64,000 bases of DNA from an uncultured Anaerolineaceae bacterium (GCA_964500225.1 CAZCOA010000009.1:195-64194), one strand, 5' to 3'; positions 8,833 to 19,668 are shown, counted from the stretch's first letter. Numbers and translations are program-made. Notes: generated by a model from the sequence alone, not told the origin.

Positions 8833-9614
8833 CGAGGTGCCGGTTCGGCGAGCGGGGGCGGGCGATTCGTCGCGGAGGCGTCTGGTGTCGCGGGTCGGCG
8901 CAGGCGGCGAGCGTGGCGCTGACGTCGGCGGTGGTGTTGGTGCTGCTGGCGTCGGGCTTGGGGTATCGGATTCGGAGCATGTCGCGCGGGGAATCGTCGA
9001 GGCCGTCAACGCCGCTGCGGAAGGCGTTCACGACATTTCCGACGGACTTTTTGGAATATCAGTGGCGTCACGGGCGTCTGGACGAGGCGATCGAGAAGGC
9101 CACGGGGGCCGAGGCGTACCTGAAGATGACGGGGTTCCGCAAGGGCGATACGAGCCTGATGGAGCTGTACACGAGCTATGTGGGCAAGGGCGCGACGATG
9201 GTGGAGCACGAGCCGCAGGTGTGCTACGGCGCCCAAGGCTGGTCGCTTCCATACGGCATCCTGCGGGCGAAGATCGACGGATTGACGGTCCGCCTGACCG
9301 ACGGGTCGATGGGGCCGTTGCCGGTGAACGTGTTTCTGTTCGAGAAAGACGTGGATCGTCAGATGGTGGTGAACTTCTATTGCATCAATGGGCTGTACAC
9401 GGACAGCCGCGTGGACGTGCGGGTGATGGCGGATCGTCCCGGGGGGTATTATGCACAGACTCGGGTGAGCATGGCGCTCAGCGGCGTGGAGTGGATGCAG
9501 ATCGACCCGAGTCGGGTGTCGCAGAGTCGTAGTTTTGTTCGGGCGGCGGAAGTGCTTCGTTATGTGGTGCCGGTGCTGGAGCGGGAATATCTTCCGCCGG
9601 CGCCGCGGGAATGA
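8829..9614 (+). CDS. EpsI family protein (exosortase-associated, DUF3485)
   Basis: ATG at 8829 overlaps the exosortase stop (ATGA). One N-terminal TM (VALTSAVVLVLLASGLGY). EpsI-type HEPQVCYGAQGW motif (H-x-P-x-x-C...G-W). The ORF-track start at 8643 lies inside the exosortase gene and was rejected. Confidence 0.8.
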   Translation: MTRCRFGERGRAIRRGGVWCRGSAQAASVALTSAVVLVLLASGLGYRIRSMSRGESSRPSTPLRKAFTTFPTDFLEYQWRHGRLDEAIEKATGAEAYLKMTGFRKGDTSLMELYTSYVGKGATMVEHEPQVCYGAQGWSLPYGILRAKIDGLTVRLTDGSMGPLPVNVFLFEKDVDRQMVVNFYCINGLYTDSRVDVRVMADRPGGYYAQTRVSMALSGVEWMQIDPSRVSQSRSFVRAAEVLRYVVPVLEREYLPPAPRE

Positions 9615-9675
9615 TCGTAGGTCGGCGATTGTCGCGGCGTAGGCGGCGTCGGTGGCCCAAGAGGAGACTGATCGG

Positions 9676-12600
9676 ATGAACCGCAGGCTGGTGGTATTGG
9701 TGCTGGTGTTGGCGATGTCGGCGATCATCGGCGTAGGGCTGTTTGTGTTGCTGCGTGGGCCGAAGGATCCGACGGCGGACATTGCGCGCGCCCAGGAGCT
9801 GATGGCCCAGGCGGCGACGGATCCGGCCAAGTACCGCGAAGCGATCATGGTGCTGAAGGGGTCGGGGGGCCAGAATCGGGGCGATGTGTGGATGATGCTG
9901 GGGGAGTGCTACCGGAAGCTGCCTCAGCCGGATTACCGGATGGCGTTGGAGTGTTACCGGAACGCGGTGGAGCGGTCGCCGGAGAATGTCGAGTACCGGA
10001 AGACGTACATCGACCTGCTGATCGGGGGTCGTCTGCTGAGCGACGCGTTTGGGCAGGCACAGCGGTTGCAGGAGCTTCAGCCGGAGTCGCCGGAGCCGTA
10101 TCGGCTGATGGCGAAGATCGAGTTTTTCCAGTCGGAGATGGAATCGGGGATCGTGGAGAAGCGTCGTCGGCTGGAGTCGGCGCTGGCGTCGGCAGACAAG
10201 GCGATCGCGCTGTCGCCAGGGGAGATGGCCAATTATGAGATGAAGATCCAGATTCTCTTGAGCAGCAGCGACAAGGAGCGGATGGACGAGAATCTGGTTT
10301 TGGCGGCGGCGACGGCGCGTGCGGCGGTGGCGGCGTGCGAGGACAAGACGTCGGCGATGCTGAGGGTGGCGACAATCCTGACGCAGCATGCGTCGCACTT
10401 GCAGGGTTCGGGCAAGCCGCGCGAGTCGGAGGCGAAGTTGAAGGAGGCCTCGGAGGCATACCGCGAGGTGCTGTCGCAGGACGGCAAGAACGTATCGGCG
10501 CTGGTGGGGTTGGGCCATATCGCCATGGTGCGAGCGCAGCGCGAGAAGGGGACGGCTCGAGAAAAGCTGTACGAAGAGGCGGAAGGTCGCTTCCAGGCGG
10601 CGATTGCGGCGGATCCGACGAGCGACACGGGGTACCTCGGCTTGGCGCGATTGAAGGCGCAGGAGGGGCAGGCGGCTGAGGTGCTCAGGGTGCTTCGTGA
10701 CGCGCTGAGCAAGTGCAAGCCGACGGCGGAACTGACGGAGCAGCCGCAGATCGAGGCTCGTCGGGAAGTGCTGGCGACTGTGGCGAACATGTTGCTGGAT
10801 CAGGTGGGGGATGCGGCCGCGGCGGAGGAGGCTCGCCGATGGGTGGACGAGATGGAGCAATTGAAGCCGGCGGACGAGGCGGCGATGGCGTACCTTCGCG
10901 GTCGTCTGGCGGCGCGCGACGGGGACGTGCGCGAGGCGCAGGGGCTGCTTCAGAAGGCGGTGCAGATGCGTCCGGGGAACCCGGAGTATCATCGGCGTCT
11001 GGCGCAGATCTACCAGGCGCAGAACCTGTTGGGGAAGGCCCGGGAATCGTACGACGAGGCGTTGCGTCTGATGCCGGAACGATTCGACATACGTCTGGAG
11101 CGAGCCCAGTTGCTTCTGGCCCTGCGTCAGTTTGCATTGGCCGAGAGTGAGAGTCGCAGCGTTATCGCAGCCAACAACAACTATGTGGCGGCGATGATTC
11201 TGGCGCAGGCGTTGACGGGCCAGGGCAAGTACGGCGAGGCGTTGTCGGTGGCCGAGCAGATGATCAAGTTGGCGGAGAAGATGCCGCAGGGGTATCTTCT
11301 GAAATCGCAGATTCTGCTGAGTGCGGGTCGTCCGCCGTCGGAAGCGTTGTCGGCGTTGACGGCGGGCCTGGACAAGCAGGCGGATCCGCGGATGCCGCTG
11401 TACGAGGAGGCGCGGAGGATCTGCGCGCAGTACGACCTGAAGGATCAGACGCAGAAGCTGAAGCAGCGGATCGAGGGCGACGCGTCGTTGACGGCCAAGG
11501 ACCGCCAGCGGCTGGCGCTGTACGACAGGACGGCGGCGGACATTCCGAACGAACTGGACCAGCAGATGGCGTCGGATCCGCAGAATCCGGATCCGGTGAT
11601 CCGCAAGGCGATGTGGTACGTTCACGAGGGGAAGGTGGACGAGGGGCTGGAGTTGTACCGGCGGGCGTACGAGCTGGCGTTGGCGGGGAAGAAGGACGCG
11701 CAGGTGCGTCTGGTGTGGGACAACGTGTGGACGCTGCTTCTGACGCGGGAAGGCGGTCGGGAGAAGGCGAAGGAGTGGATCGAGCGGCTTCCTGCGGACA
11801 TGAAGACCGAGCGTGAGATGGCCGAAGGGCTGTTGACGCTGATGGAGGGGGCGGAGCCTGCAGCGGATCGGATCAAGGGGATGAGCAGCGCCGAGCAGGC
11901 GGCGTACCGGACAGGGCGGATCAACGAGGCGATCCGGGTTTTCAAGGACTTGGAGAGCCGCGACGAACTGGGGACGGACGTTCGGATCATGCGTGCGTTG
12001 GCCCGTGCGTACTATCTGCTGGCGATGCAGGGGGGCGCGGACCGGGCGGCGTCGCTGGGTCAGTCGGAGAAATACTGCCTGGACCTGATCCGCATTCAGC
12101 CGCAGGATCTCCAGAGTCATTATATGTTGTTGGACGTGTGCATGCAGATGCCGGCCTACGACCGTGTGGTGACGCAGGCGAATGAGTTGCTGAAGTTGAG
12201 CCCGAACGACGTGGTGGCGTTGGACCGGATGGCGCAGGCCCGGCAGATGCAGGGGAACCGCAAGGAAGTGGTGCGTCTGCGGGAGCAGATCCGCGGGGTG
12301 CAGCCGGGGAACACGGGGAACCTGTATGTTCTGGGTCAGGCCCAGGAGGCGACGGGGGATCTGGCGGGAGCGGAGAAGACGTACCGGGACTTGTTGACGA
12401 TTCAGCCGCACCAGAGCGACACGACGCTGGCGTTGGCGTTGCTGCTGGTCCGCCGGGGGAACCGGGCGGAGGCGGAGTCGTTGATGGCCGACCTGGAAAA
12501 GGCGTTGCCGTCGGATGCGGCGGCGTTGCGGGCGTTGAGCGTGTACTGGCAGAACGTGGGTCAGTTCGACAAGGCGGTCGAGTACGCGCGTCGGGCGCAG

Positions 12601-14373
12601 TCGTCGGTGGCGGAACCCCTGGCGGGGGATGTGTTGTTCACGGTGTCGGCGTGCATCACGGCGGGTGACGCGTCGGGCACGGTGGAGGAGCGGACGCGTC
12701 GGCTGACGGAAGCCTCGGGTCTGCTGGAGGCGTATCTGAAGAAGCATCCGGACGAATTGCCGATGCGGATTCAGTTGGCGGACGTGCTGCGTCGGATACC
12801 GGGCCGCGCGGCGGACGCGGAATCGCTGACGCGGGACATTGTGAAGAAGTCGCCCGAGGCGGCCAATGCGCGGACGCTGTTGGGCCGGATTCTGCTGGAC
12901 AAGGCCCTGACGGCGCAGGTCAATGGCCGGGAGGCGGAGTTTGCGGAGTCGCTGTCGCAGGCACGTCAGGTGGTGTCGGGGGTGCTGAACGAGCAGCGGA
13001 CGTACGGCGAGGCGCGGCTGTTGTCGGGCGAGATCGAGATGGCGGGCGGGAACCTGAGCGAGGCGGCGGTGCAGTTGCGTCAGGTGGCGGCCGAGGATCC
13101 GGCCTACGTGCGAGCGCTGGCCCTGTTGGTGGAGGTGAGCCGTCGGCAAGGCAACCGGCAGACGATGATGGCGACGCTGACGGAGCTGCTGAAGCTTCAG
13201 CCGCAGAACCTCAACGCGCGGCTGCAATTGGCGGATCTTTTCGCCCGGGACCAGGCGTACGACCGTGTGGAGCAGTTGATGGACGAGGGGTTGCAGTACG
13301 CGCCGGGACATCCGCAGTTGGAGCTGGTGCTGTGCCAGGCGCTCTTGATGCAGCGTGACGCGGGGAAGGCGTCTCGTGCGTTGAAGATCGCAACGGGGCT
13401 GACGGAGCGGTTTCCGGGAAACTCGGAGGTATGGGGTTCGTGGTCGGCGGCGAAGAACGCGCTGAACCAGTCGGGGGAAGCGACGGCGAAACTGGAGGCG
13501 TTGGCCAAGGAGCCTCCGGCGGCCGGGGTGGCGTCGTCGGTGGCGTTCGGTCGGCTGCTGGCGGCGCAATATCTGAGGCTGGACCGCCGGGACGACGCCC
13601 GCAAGGTGTTGGACGGACTGATTCAATCGCACCGGCAGGCTCCGGAGGTGTTGACGGCGTACGCGGACGCGTATGCGTTGCTGACGGACGGGCAGAAGCC
13701 GGGGTGGGCGGGCGAGGCGGTTCGGCTGCTGGAGCAGGCGCTGAAGGATTTCCCGCCGAGCGCGGAGAATGGCCAGAGCTTGGTGTTGGCGCGGTACCTG
13801 GGTCGGATGTATCTGCTGGAGGGCAAGGCGGACGAAGCCCGGCGCGTGATGCAGGAGGTGTTAAAGATTCAGCCGAAGTTCGCGCTGGTGCTGATGGACC
13901 TCGGGGAACTGGAGCTGAGCCAGAAGAACATCGATGCGGCGATCGAGAAGTTGGAGGCGGCCGTTGCCTTGGATCCGGGGCTGTGGCAGGCCTTGAACAA
14001 CTTGGCGTGGGCGTTGGCGACGGAGAAGGGCGATCTGGCGGGGGCCCGGACACGAATCGACCAGGCTCTGCGGCTTCAGCCGCGTCACTGGGCCTTGCTG
14101 GATACCAGCGGATGGGTTCACTACCTGACGGGGGACTACCGGTCGGCGGAGCGTGAGCTGGAGGAGTCGCTGGCGGCGTCGCCCAGTGCGGTCACGAAAT
14201 ACCACCTCGGGATGACGCTGGTGAAACGAGCGGAACAGGCGACGGCGGAGTCGGCGAAGGCGGACCTGAAGGCGCGAGCGAAAAAGCTGTTGGGAGAATT
14301 TGTGGCCGAGGACAAGGATCCTGGGCACGAGCGGGAGCGGACGGAGGCCGAAAAAGTCTTGAAAGGCCTGTAG
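9676..14373 (+). CDS. Very large membrane-anchored TPR-repeat protein (PrsT / PEP-CTERM-system TPR-like)
   Basis: ATG at 9676 is preceded by GAGGAG about 10 nt upstream. N-terminal TM (LVVLVLVLAMSAIIGVGLFVLL). The remaining ~1500 aa are helical and TPR-like (recurring A/L/Y/G patterns such as ALECYRNAVERSP, LGRMYLLEGKADEARRV, WQALNNLAWAL). Confidence 0.75.
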   Translation: MNRRLVVLVLVLAMSAIIGVGLFVLLRGPKDPTADIARAQELMAQAATDPAKYREAIMVLKGSGGQNRGDVWMMLGECYRKLPQPDYRMALECYRNAVERSPENVEYRKTYIDLLIGGRLLSDAFGQAQRLQELQPESPEPYRLMAKIEFFQSEMESGIVEKRRRLESALASADKAIALSPGEMANYEMKIQILLSSSDKERMDENLVLAAATARAAVAACEDKTSAMLRVATILTQHASHLQGSGKPRESEAKLKEASEAYREVLSQDGKNVSALVGLGHIAMVRAQREKGTAREKLYEEAEGRFQAAIAADPTSDTGYLGLARLKAQEGQAAEVLRVLRDALSKCKPTAELTEQPQIEARREVLATVANMLLDQVGDAAAAEEARRWVDEMEQLKPADEAAMAYLRGRLAARDGDVREAQGLLQKAVQMRPGNPEYHRRLAQIYQAQNLLGKARESYDEALRLMPERFDIRLERAQLLLALRQFALAESESRSVIAANNNYVAAMILAQALTGQGKYGEALSVAEQMIKLAEKMPQGYLLKSQILLSAGRPPSEALSALTAGLDKQADPRMPLYEEARRICAQYDLKDQTQKLKQRIEGDASLTAKDRQRLALYDRTAADIPNELDQQMASDPQNPDPVIRKAMWYVHEGKVDEGLELYRRAYELALAGKKDAQVRLVWDNVWTLLLTREGGREKAKEWIERLPADMKTEREMAEGLLTLMEGAEPAADRIKGMSSAEQAAYRTGRINEAIRVFKDLESRDELGTDVRIMRALARAYYLLAMQGGADRAASLGQSEKYCLDLIRIQPQDLQSHYMLLDVCMQMPAYDRVVTQANELLKLSPNDVVALDRMAQARQMQGNRKEVVRLREQIRGVQPGNTGNLYVLGQAQEATGDLAGAEKTYRDLLTIQPHQSDTTLALALLLVRRGNRAEAESLMADLEKALPSDAAALRALSVYWQNVGQFDKAVEYARRAQSSVAEPLAGDVLFTVSACITAGDASGTVEERTRRLTEASGLLEAYLKKHPDELPMRIQLADVLRRIPGRAADAESLTRDIVKKSPEAANARTLLGRILLDKALTAQVNGREAEFAESLSQARQVVSGVLNEQRTYGEARLLSGEIEMAGGNLSEAAVQLRQVAAEDPAYVRALALLVEVSRRQGNRQTMMATLTELLKLQPQNLNARLQLADLFARDQAYDRVEQLMDEGLQYAPGHPQLELVLCQALLMQRDAGKASRALKIATGLTERFPGNSEVWGSWSAAKNALNQSGEATAKLEALAKEPPAAGVASSVAFGRLLAAQYLRLDRRDDARKVLDGLIQSHRQAPEVLTAYADAYALLTDGQKPGWAGEAVRLLEQALKDFPPSAENGQSLVLARYLGRMYLLEGKADEARRVMQEVLKIQPKFALVLMDLGELELSQKNIDAAIEKLEAAVALDPGLWQALNNLAWALATEKGDLAGARTRIDQALRLQPRHWALLDTSGWVHYLTGDYRSAERELEESLAASPSAVTKYHLGMTLVKRAEQATAESAKADLKARAKKLLGEFVAEDKDPGHERERTEAEKVLKGL

Positions 14374-14438
14374 GGCCAACCGATAATAAACAGGTTCGCT
14401 TTGTCGGGCCGAATTGAGGACCATGAGGTAGGGGCACA

Positions 14439-16901
14439 ATGAGCTACGATACCCAGCGACAGACTGCATCGAACCCCGTGGGCCGCCCTGCCGGTGCGGC
14501 CGTCCGCGAGCCGGCGGCGCCGATGGGCGCACTGAGTCTGGCCGAAGTCTTGGGCACGATGCGGCGGCATATGGTACTGATCATCGTGCTGTTCGTGCTG
14601 GTGGCCGGGGCGGGAACAGCCGTCACGATCTATCAGTACAAGTACCATCCGATCTATGAGGCGTCGGGAACCATTGTGGTGCTTCCCGCGGCGACGGCCG
14701 GCCAGCAACAGGGGATCGTCAACACCGTTGAGCAGGCGTTGCCGGTAGGCGTTCTGGAATCGTTTATCAACGAACAGGTGCAGCGGATTCGTGAAGACTA
14801 CGTATTGCAAAAGTCGCTGAGTCCGGACGTTGCCGACCAGATCATCAAGGAACTGGCGCGCGACACCGAGCGCATCGACGGCGGCAATGAACGGGACCGG
14901 GCGTCGATGGAGGCGGCGGACGAGCGCGTGCGGCAGCGGACGGCGTACATTCAGGAACAGTTGTTCCCGGCAGGTCGGGCGTCGTCGATGTCGGCCATGG
15001 TGGTGTGGCTCCAGAAGGAGTTGCGCGTGACGAACCCGTTCAAGACGTTCACGATCGAGGTGAAGCTGCGCAGCAGGAATCCGAAGCTGGCGGCGAGCCT
15101 GGTGAACTCGGTGCTCGAGAGCTACATGGTGGCGTACCGGGAACGTCGGCGGCGCAATGAGCAGAGCAGTCTGACGGGGCTTCAGGAGCAGTTGGACAGC
15201 CTGCTTCCGGAGTTGAGGAAGGCGGAGACGGCCCTGGCGGCCGAACGCGAGCTGGCGGTGACGCCGTATGTGGGGATGGATCGTCCGAACATCGCCGGCG
15301 AGGTTCAGTACTACGAGGGCGAGTTCGCGAAGGCGGACCTGGAGGTGTTCCAGCTCCAGGTGCTTCAGGCGCAGATGACGGGATCGGCGGGGCCGGAAGG
15401 TGCGGAGGGGGCCGAACCGCCTGCGGCGAAGATGACGCCGGAGCTCCAGTTGACGATGGAGAGCGACCGCGCGCTGGCTGCGTTGCGCGGGGTGTTGACG
15501 AACCTCAAGAGCAACCGCGAGATGCTCCTGAAGCAGGGTTACGGCAAGACGCACCAGTCGGTGCTTGCGGTGGACGCGCAGATTGCCAGCGCGGAGATGG
15601 AAGTCAAGGCGCGTGAGAATGAGTTGTTGAATCTTCTGTATCGGCAGCAGGCGGACTCCGTCGCGGCGCGGCTGGCGGAGGCGACGCAGCGTCGCAACCA
15701 GATCAAGGCCAAGCTGGACGAGGCCAAAGCGCGTCTGCGCGAAGTAACTTCGGCGCTGGTTCGGTACGATCGGTTGCAGCAGACTTATCTGAATGTTCAA
15801 CGTCAGGTGGATTTGGTGAACGACGCGATTGTCCAGCAGCGGATTCGGTCGCAGGTGTCGTCGAACAACGTGCAGATCGGCCGCCAGGCGATGGAGCCTG
15901 ACCCGTCGGACGTCAAGGAACCGAATCTGCTGCTCTACATTCCGGCATCGATTCTGGCGGGGCTGGTGGTGGCGATCGGGATGGCGTTGGTGATCGATCT
16001 GATCGACAACCGGGTGCGCACGCCGTTGCAGGTGATCCGGAGCGTTCAGATGACAGTGCTTGGGACGGTTCCGGATGTGAAGGAGGACGAGGCGGCGCGG
16101 CGCGTGGGCGAGTTGGCCCGCGTGGCGGCGCAGGCGCCGCAATCGCTGACGGCGGAGTCGTTCCGGCAGTTGCGGACGGCATTGCTGTATTCGAGTGACA
16201 CGGAGCTGAAGACGCTGCTGGTAACCAGTCCGAAGGCCGACGAGGGCAAGACGGTGGTGGCGTGCAACCTGGCGGCGACGCTGGCCGCAAGCGGCTGCCG
16301 GGTGTTGTTGATCGACGCGAACTTCCGTCGTCCTCGCATCCACCGGGTGTTCGATCTGCCGAACACGGTGGGTCTGTCGAGCGTTCTGGCGCGGTTGAGC
16401 AGTTTCGACGAGTCGGTGCGAAGCACATCGGTGGCGAATCTGGACGTGCTGGTATGCGGTCCCGTGCCGCCAAGCCCGGCGGACCTGCTGGGCAGCGAGG
16501 CGATGCAGAAGGTGCTGGCGGAGGCCCGCCGGCGTTACGACAACGTGATCATCGACGGAACGCCGGTGCTGGTGGTGGCGGATTCGCACGTGCTGTGTCG
16601 GCTGGTGGACGGCGTGACGATGGTGATCAACTGCCGCAAGACGTCGCGCGGGATGGCCATTCGAAGCCGTCGGATGCTGCTGGGGTTGCGGGCCCGCGTG
16701 GTGGGCGCGGTGCTGAACCGCATCCGGGCGCAGAAGGGCGGATACTTCCGGGAGACGTACCGGAACTACTACGATTACGCGAAGCCGGCGGCGGTCGCAG
16801 CCTCGGGGACGTTGGCGACGGCGCGTTCGGGCGACAAGACGACTTCGGACGCGTTGAGCGGTCCCGGTTCCGCCAGTCGAGGGGAGTCGGAGGCGACGTA
16901 G
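14439..16901 (+). CDS. Polysaccharide co-polymerase / bacterial tyrosine (BY) kinase, Wzc/GumC-EpsG-like fusion
   Basis: N-terminal TM plus a Wzz-like region, a long coiled coil and a second TM. C-terminal P-loop domain with Walker A SPKADEGKT, Walker A' VLLIDANFRRP and Walker B NVIIDGTPVLVVADS. Tyr cluster YRNYYDY near the C-terminus. Confidence 0.85.
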   Translation: MSYDTQRQTASNPVGRPAGAAVREPAAPMGALSLAEVLGTMRRHMVLIIVLFVLVAGAGTAVTIYQYKYHPIYEASGTIVVLPAATAGQQQGIVNTVEQALPVGVLESFINEQVQRIREDYVLQKSLSPDVADQIIKELARDTERIDGGNERDRASMEAADERVRQRTAYIQEQLFPAGRASSMSAMVVWLQKELRVTNPFKTFTIEVKLRSRNPKLAASLVNSVLESYMVAYRERRRRNEQSSLTGLQEQLDSLLPELRKAETALAAERELAVTPYVGMDRPNIAGEVQYYEGEFAKADLEVFQLQVLQAQMTGSAGPEGAEGAEPPAAKMTPELQLTMESDRALAALRGVLTNLKSNREMLLKQGYGKTHQSVLAVDAQIASAEMEVKARENELLNLLYRQQADSVAARLAEATQRRNQIKAKLDEAKARLREVTSALVRYDRLQQTYLNVQRQVDLVNDAIVQQRIRSQVSSNNVQIGRQAMEPDPSDVKEPNLLLYIPASILAGLVVAIGMALVIDLIDNRVRTPLQVIRSVQMTVLGTVPDVKEDEAARRVGELARVAAQAPQSLTAESFRQLRTALLYSSDTELKTLLVTSPKADEGKTVVACNLAATLAASGCRVLLIDANFRRPRIHRVFDLPNTVGLSSVLARLSSFDESVRSTSVANLDVLVCGPVPPSPADLLGSEAMQKVLAEARRRYDNVIIDGTPVLVVADSHVLCRLVDGVTMVINCRKTSRGMAIRSRRMLLGLRARVVGAVLNRIRAQKGGYFRETYRNYYDYAKPAAVAASGTLATARSGDKTTSDALSGPGSASRGESEAT

Positions 16902-16973
16902 GTCGGAGCATGGGCTCGAGGACAGTCAGTAGGAAGCCCGGCCGCCGGCTGGTGAAGTCTGGTGTATGACAAG

Positions 16974-17001
16974 CGGCGGGTCCTCAGGGGCCCGCCGTTT
17001 T
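16974..17001 (+). terminator. Rho-independent terminator closing the Wza-to-Wzc operon
   Basis: CGGCGGGTCC, TCAG loop, GGGCCCGCCG (10-bp stem with one G-U pair) followed by TTTT. Located 73 nt after the Wzc stop. Confidence 0.7.
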
Positions 17002-17043
17002 CGATGGACAACGAGACAGCAATCGCCGCAAGGAGGCACGAAC

Positions 17044-18048
17044 GTGGTTCATGTCGCTGTGGTCGGAGCGGGCGGGTGGGGCAAGAACCTGATCCGCAAC
17101 TTCGCGGGGCTGAAGGATTGCAGGCTGCACACGGTGTGCGACTTGGATCCGGCGAAGCTGTCGCAGAATGAGTCGCTGTATCCGGGCCTGCGGACGACGC
17201 GGGATCTGAACGAGGTGCTCGGGAGCAAGGAGATCGACGCGGTGGTGATCGCGTCGCCTGCGCCGTTGCATTTCGACATGGCCCGTCGTGCCCTGGAGGC
17301 GGGCAAGCACGTCTACGTGGAAAAGCCGATGACGCTGTCGGCGGCGGAGGCGGAGCGTCTGGTGGCCCTGGCGGACCAGACGGGCCGCAAGCTGATGGTC
17401 GGCCACCTGCTGGAATACCACCCGTGCGTTCGGATGCTGAAGGACATGATCGACGGGGGCGAGTTGGGCGACCTGTACTATATGTACTGCCAGCGGCTGA
17501 ACCTGGGGGTGGTGCGCAAGGACGAAAACGCGTGGTGGTCGTTGGCGCCGCACGACGTGTCGGTGGTGTTGTACCTGTTCGGGGCGGAGGCCAAGACGGT
17601 CACTAGTCAGGGGCATGCCTACCTGCGCAGCGGCGTCGAGGACGTGGTGTTCACGCAGATCCAGTTTGCGGACGGGCGCATGGCGTCGATCCACGTGTCG
17701 TGGCTGGATCCGCACAAGATCCGGAAGATGACGCTGGTGGGCACGAAGAAGATGGCGACGTTCGACGACATGGAATCGAGCGAGAAGATTCGGGTGTACG
17801 ACAAGTCGGCGGACGTGGTTCCCGGGACGGTGAGCTATGCCGACTCGATCACGATCCGCCAGGGCGACATCCACGTGCCGATGGTCAAGGGCGGAGAGCC
17901 GCTGAAGGACGAGTGCCAGCATTTTGTGGAGTCGATCCTGAACAACAAGGCGCCGTTGTCGGACGGTCGGGACGGGTTGCGCGTGGTGAAGGTGCTGGAG
18001 GCGGCGACGCAGAGCCTTCGCCAGGGCGGCGTGCCGGTGGAGCTGTAG
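17044..18048 (+). CDS. Gfo/Idh/MocA NAD-dependent oxidoreductase, WlbA/WbpB-like (UDP-GlcNAcA 3-dehydrogenase candidate)
   Basis: GTG at 17044 follows AAGGAGG. Rossmann motif VAVVGAGGWGKN. EKP motif (YVEKPMT). Lies in the conserved triad with an LbH acetyltransferase and a DegT aminotransferase. Confidence 0.75.
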   Translation: MVHVAVVGAGGWGKNLIRNFAGLKDCRLHTVCDLDPAKLSQNESLYPGLRTTRDLNEVLGSKEIDAVVIASPAPLHFDMARRALEAGKHVYVEKPMTLSAAEAERLVALADQTGRKLMVGHLLEYHPCVRMLKDMIDGGELGDLYYMYCQRLNLGVVRKDENAWWSLAPHDVSVVLYLFGAEAKTVTSQGHAYLRSGVEDVVFTQIQFADGRMASIHVSWLDPHKIRKMTLVGTKKMATFDDMESSEKIRVYDKSADVVPGTVSYADSITIRQGDIHVPMVKGGEPLKDECQHFVESILNNKAPLSDGRDGLRVVKVLEAATQSLRQGGVPVEL

Positions 18049-18123
18049 GGGGGGCGAGAGTTCGGCCGAGGCGTTTCGGGGTGTGGCAGGAGTGAGTGCG
18101 GGACAAGGAGAGGTCACGGGCTT

Positions 18124-18732
18124 TTGGGAGGACGGGCATTGTCGGATACACCATACCAGGCGCACGAGAGTGCGTACATCGACGAAGGGGCGCAGATTGG
18201 GGCCGGCACGCGGATCTGGCACTTTTGTCACATCATGAGCGGCGCGAAAATCGGGTGCAATTGCAGCATCGGCCAGAATGTGGTGGTGGGGTCCAAGGCG
18301 GTGGTCGGCAACGGGTGCAAGATCCAGAACAACGTAAGCATCTACGACCGTGTGGAGCTGGAAGACTTCGTGTTCTGTGGTCCGAGCATGGTGTTCACGA
18401 ACGTGCTGAATCCGCGGTCGCACATTTCGCGGAAGCATGAGTATCGTGCGACGCTGGTGCGCAAGGGCGCGAGCATCGGAGCCAACGCGGTGATCGTGTG
18501 CGGGCACACGGTGGGGCGGTACGCGTTTGTCGGGTCGGGCAGCGTGGTGACCAAGGACGTGCCGGATTTTGCGCTGGTGTACGGGAACCCCGCGCGGCAG
18601 CATGGGTGGATGTGCCAATGCGGCGTGGGGCTGGAGTTCAAGGACGGCAAGGCGACCTGCGCCGAGTGCGGGTGGAGCTACGTTCTGGAGAACGGGTTGT
18701 GTCGGGAAGTCGGCACAGGGAAGGAACAGTAA
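18124..18732 (+). CDS. Left-handed beta-helix (hexapeptide) N-acetyltransferase, WlbB/WbpD-like
   Basis: Hexapeptide repeats ([40 protein letters not shown]). C-terminal Cys4 tail CQCG...CAECG. TTG start (18124, or 18139). Confidence 0.8.
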   Translation: MGGRALSDTPYQAHESAYIDEGAQIGAGTRIWHFCHIMSGAKIGCNCSIGQNVVVGSKAVVGNGCKIQNNVSIYDRVELEDFVFCGPSMVFTNVLNPRSHISRKHEYRATLVRKGASIGANAVIVCGHTVGRYAFVGSGSVVTKDVPDFALVYGNPARQHGWMCQCGVGLEFKDGKATCAECGWSYVLENGLCREVGTGKEQ

Positions 18733-19668
18733 GTGGGCAGAGTGCTGATTACCGGCGGTGCGGGGTTCATCGGGTCGTCGCTGGCGCGGGCACTGTTGGC
18801 TCGCGGGGCGCGAGTTCGGATACTCGACAACTTCACCACGGGCCGGCGTGAGAATCTGGCCGATATTCTCGACGATGTGGAGTTGATCGAGGAGACGATC
18901 TGCTCGGCGGAGGCATGTCGGCGTGCGGCGCGGGGCTGCGAGACGATCTTTCATCAGGCGGCGGACGTGAGCGTGCCGCGGTCGATGATCGATCCGGAGA
19001 ACACGCACCGGACGAACGTGGACGGGTTGTACAACTGCCTGGTGGCGGCCCGGGAGCAGGGGGTGCGTCGGTTGGTGTTCGCCAGCTCCAGTGCCGTGTA
19101 CGGGCCGGAGGCCGCGTTGCCGGCGGTGGAGACGTTGCCGTTTCGGCCGATCAGTCCGTATGGGGCGAGCAAGGCCATCGGCGAGCTGTATTGTGCGATG
19201 TTCAGCCGGTGTTTCGGTGTCGAGACGGTGTGCCTGCGGTACTTCAACGTGTTTGGGCCGCGTCAGGATCCGACGAGTCAGTATGCGGCGGCGATACCGG
19301 CATTCGTGTCGCGGATGCTTCGCGGCGAGCGGCCGGTGGTGTTCGGCACGGGGGAGCAGTCGCGGGATTTCACGTATGTGGATAACGTCGTTCAGGCGAA
19401 CTTGAAGGCGGCTGAGGCGACGGTGGACGGGCCGGTCGTGGTGAACATCGGTTGCGGCCGGGGGATCTCGCTGAACGAGATCATCGGCGTGATCAACGGG
19501 CTGCTGGGGACGTCGCTGACGCCGGTGTATGCAGCGGCTCGTGCGGGCGACATTCTGCACTCGTGGGCGGATGTGTCGGCGGCGAGGCGGCTGATCGGTT
19601 ACGAGCCGTCGGTGGATTTTGAGGACGGATTGCGCCGAGCCATTGAATGGTATCGGCAGAACCTGTAG
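18733..19668 (+). CDS. NAD-dependent sugar-nucleotide epimerase (extended SDR; WbpP/TviC-like 4-epimerase candidate)
   Basis: [12 protein letters not shown] Rossmann motif, catalytic [18 protein letters not shown] start directly after the previous stop. Confidence 0.75.
   Translation: MGRVLITGGAGFIGSSLARALLARGARVRILDNFTTGRRENLADILDDVELIEETICSAEACRRAARGCETIFHQAADVSVPRSMIDPENTHRTNVDGLYNCLVAAREQGVRRLVFASSSAVYGPEAALPAVETLPFRPISPYGASKAIGELYCAMFSRCFGVETVCLRYFNVFGPRQDPTSQYAAAIPAFVSRMLRGERPVVFGTGEQSRDFTYVDNVVQANLKAAEATVDGPVVVNIGCGRGISLNEIIGVINGLLGTSLTPVYAAARAGDILHSWADVSAARRLIGYEPSVDFEDGLRRAIEWYRQNL

Noticed and set aside
9478-13632. 1384-aa reverse-strand ORF antisense to the TPR gene. Similar long antisense or alternative-frame ORFs: 2531..4867(-), 4936..6741(-), 14136..16589(-), 16984..19560(-), 19599..21752(-), 38170..40626(-), 43261..45540(+), 58123..61701(+).
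   Set aside because: Their translations are dominated by Arg, Pro, His, Gln and Gly, with no recognisable motifs. In each case the opposite strand or frame encodes a protein with clear family signatures. This is the typical open-frame artefact of GC-rich DNA.
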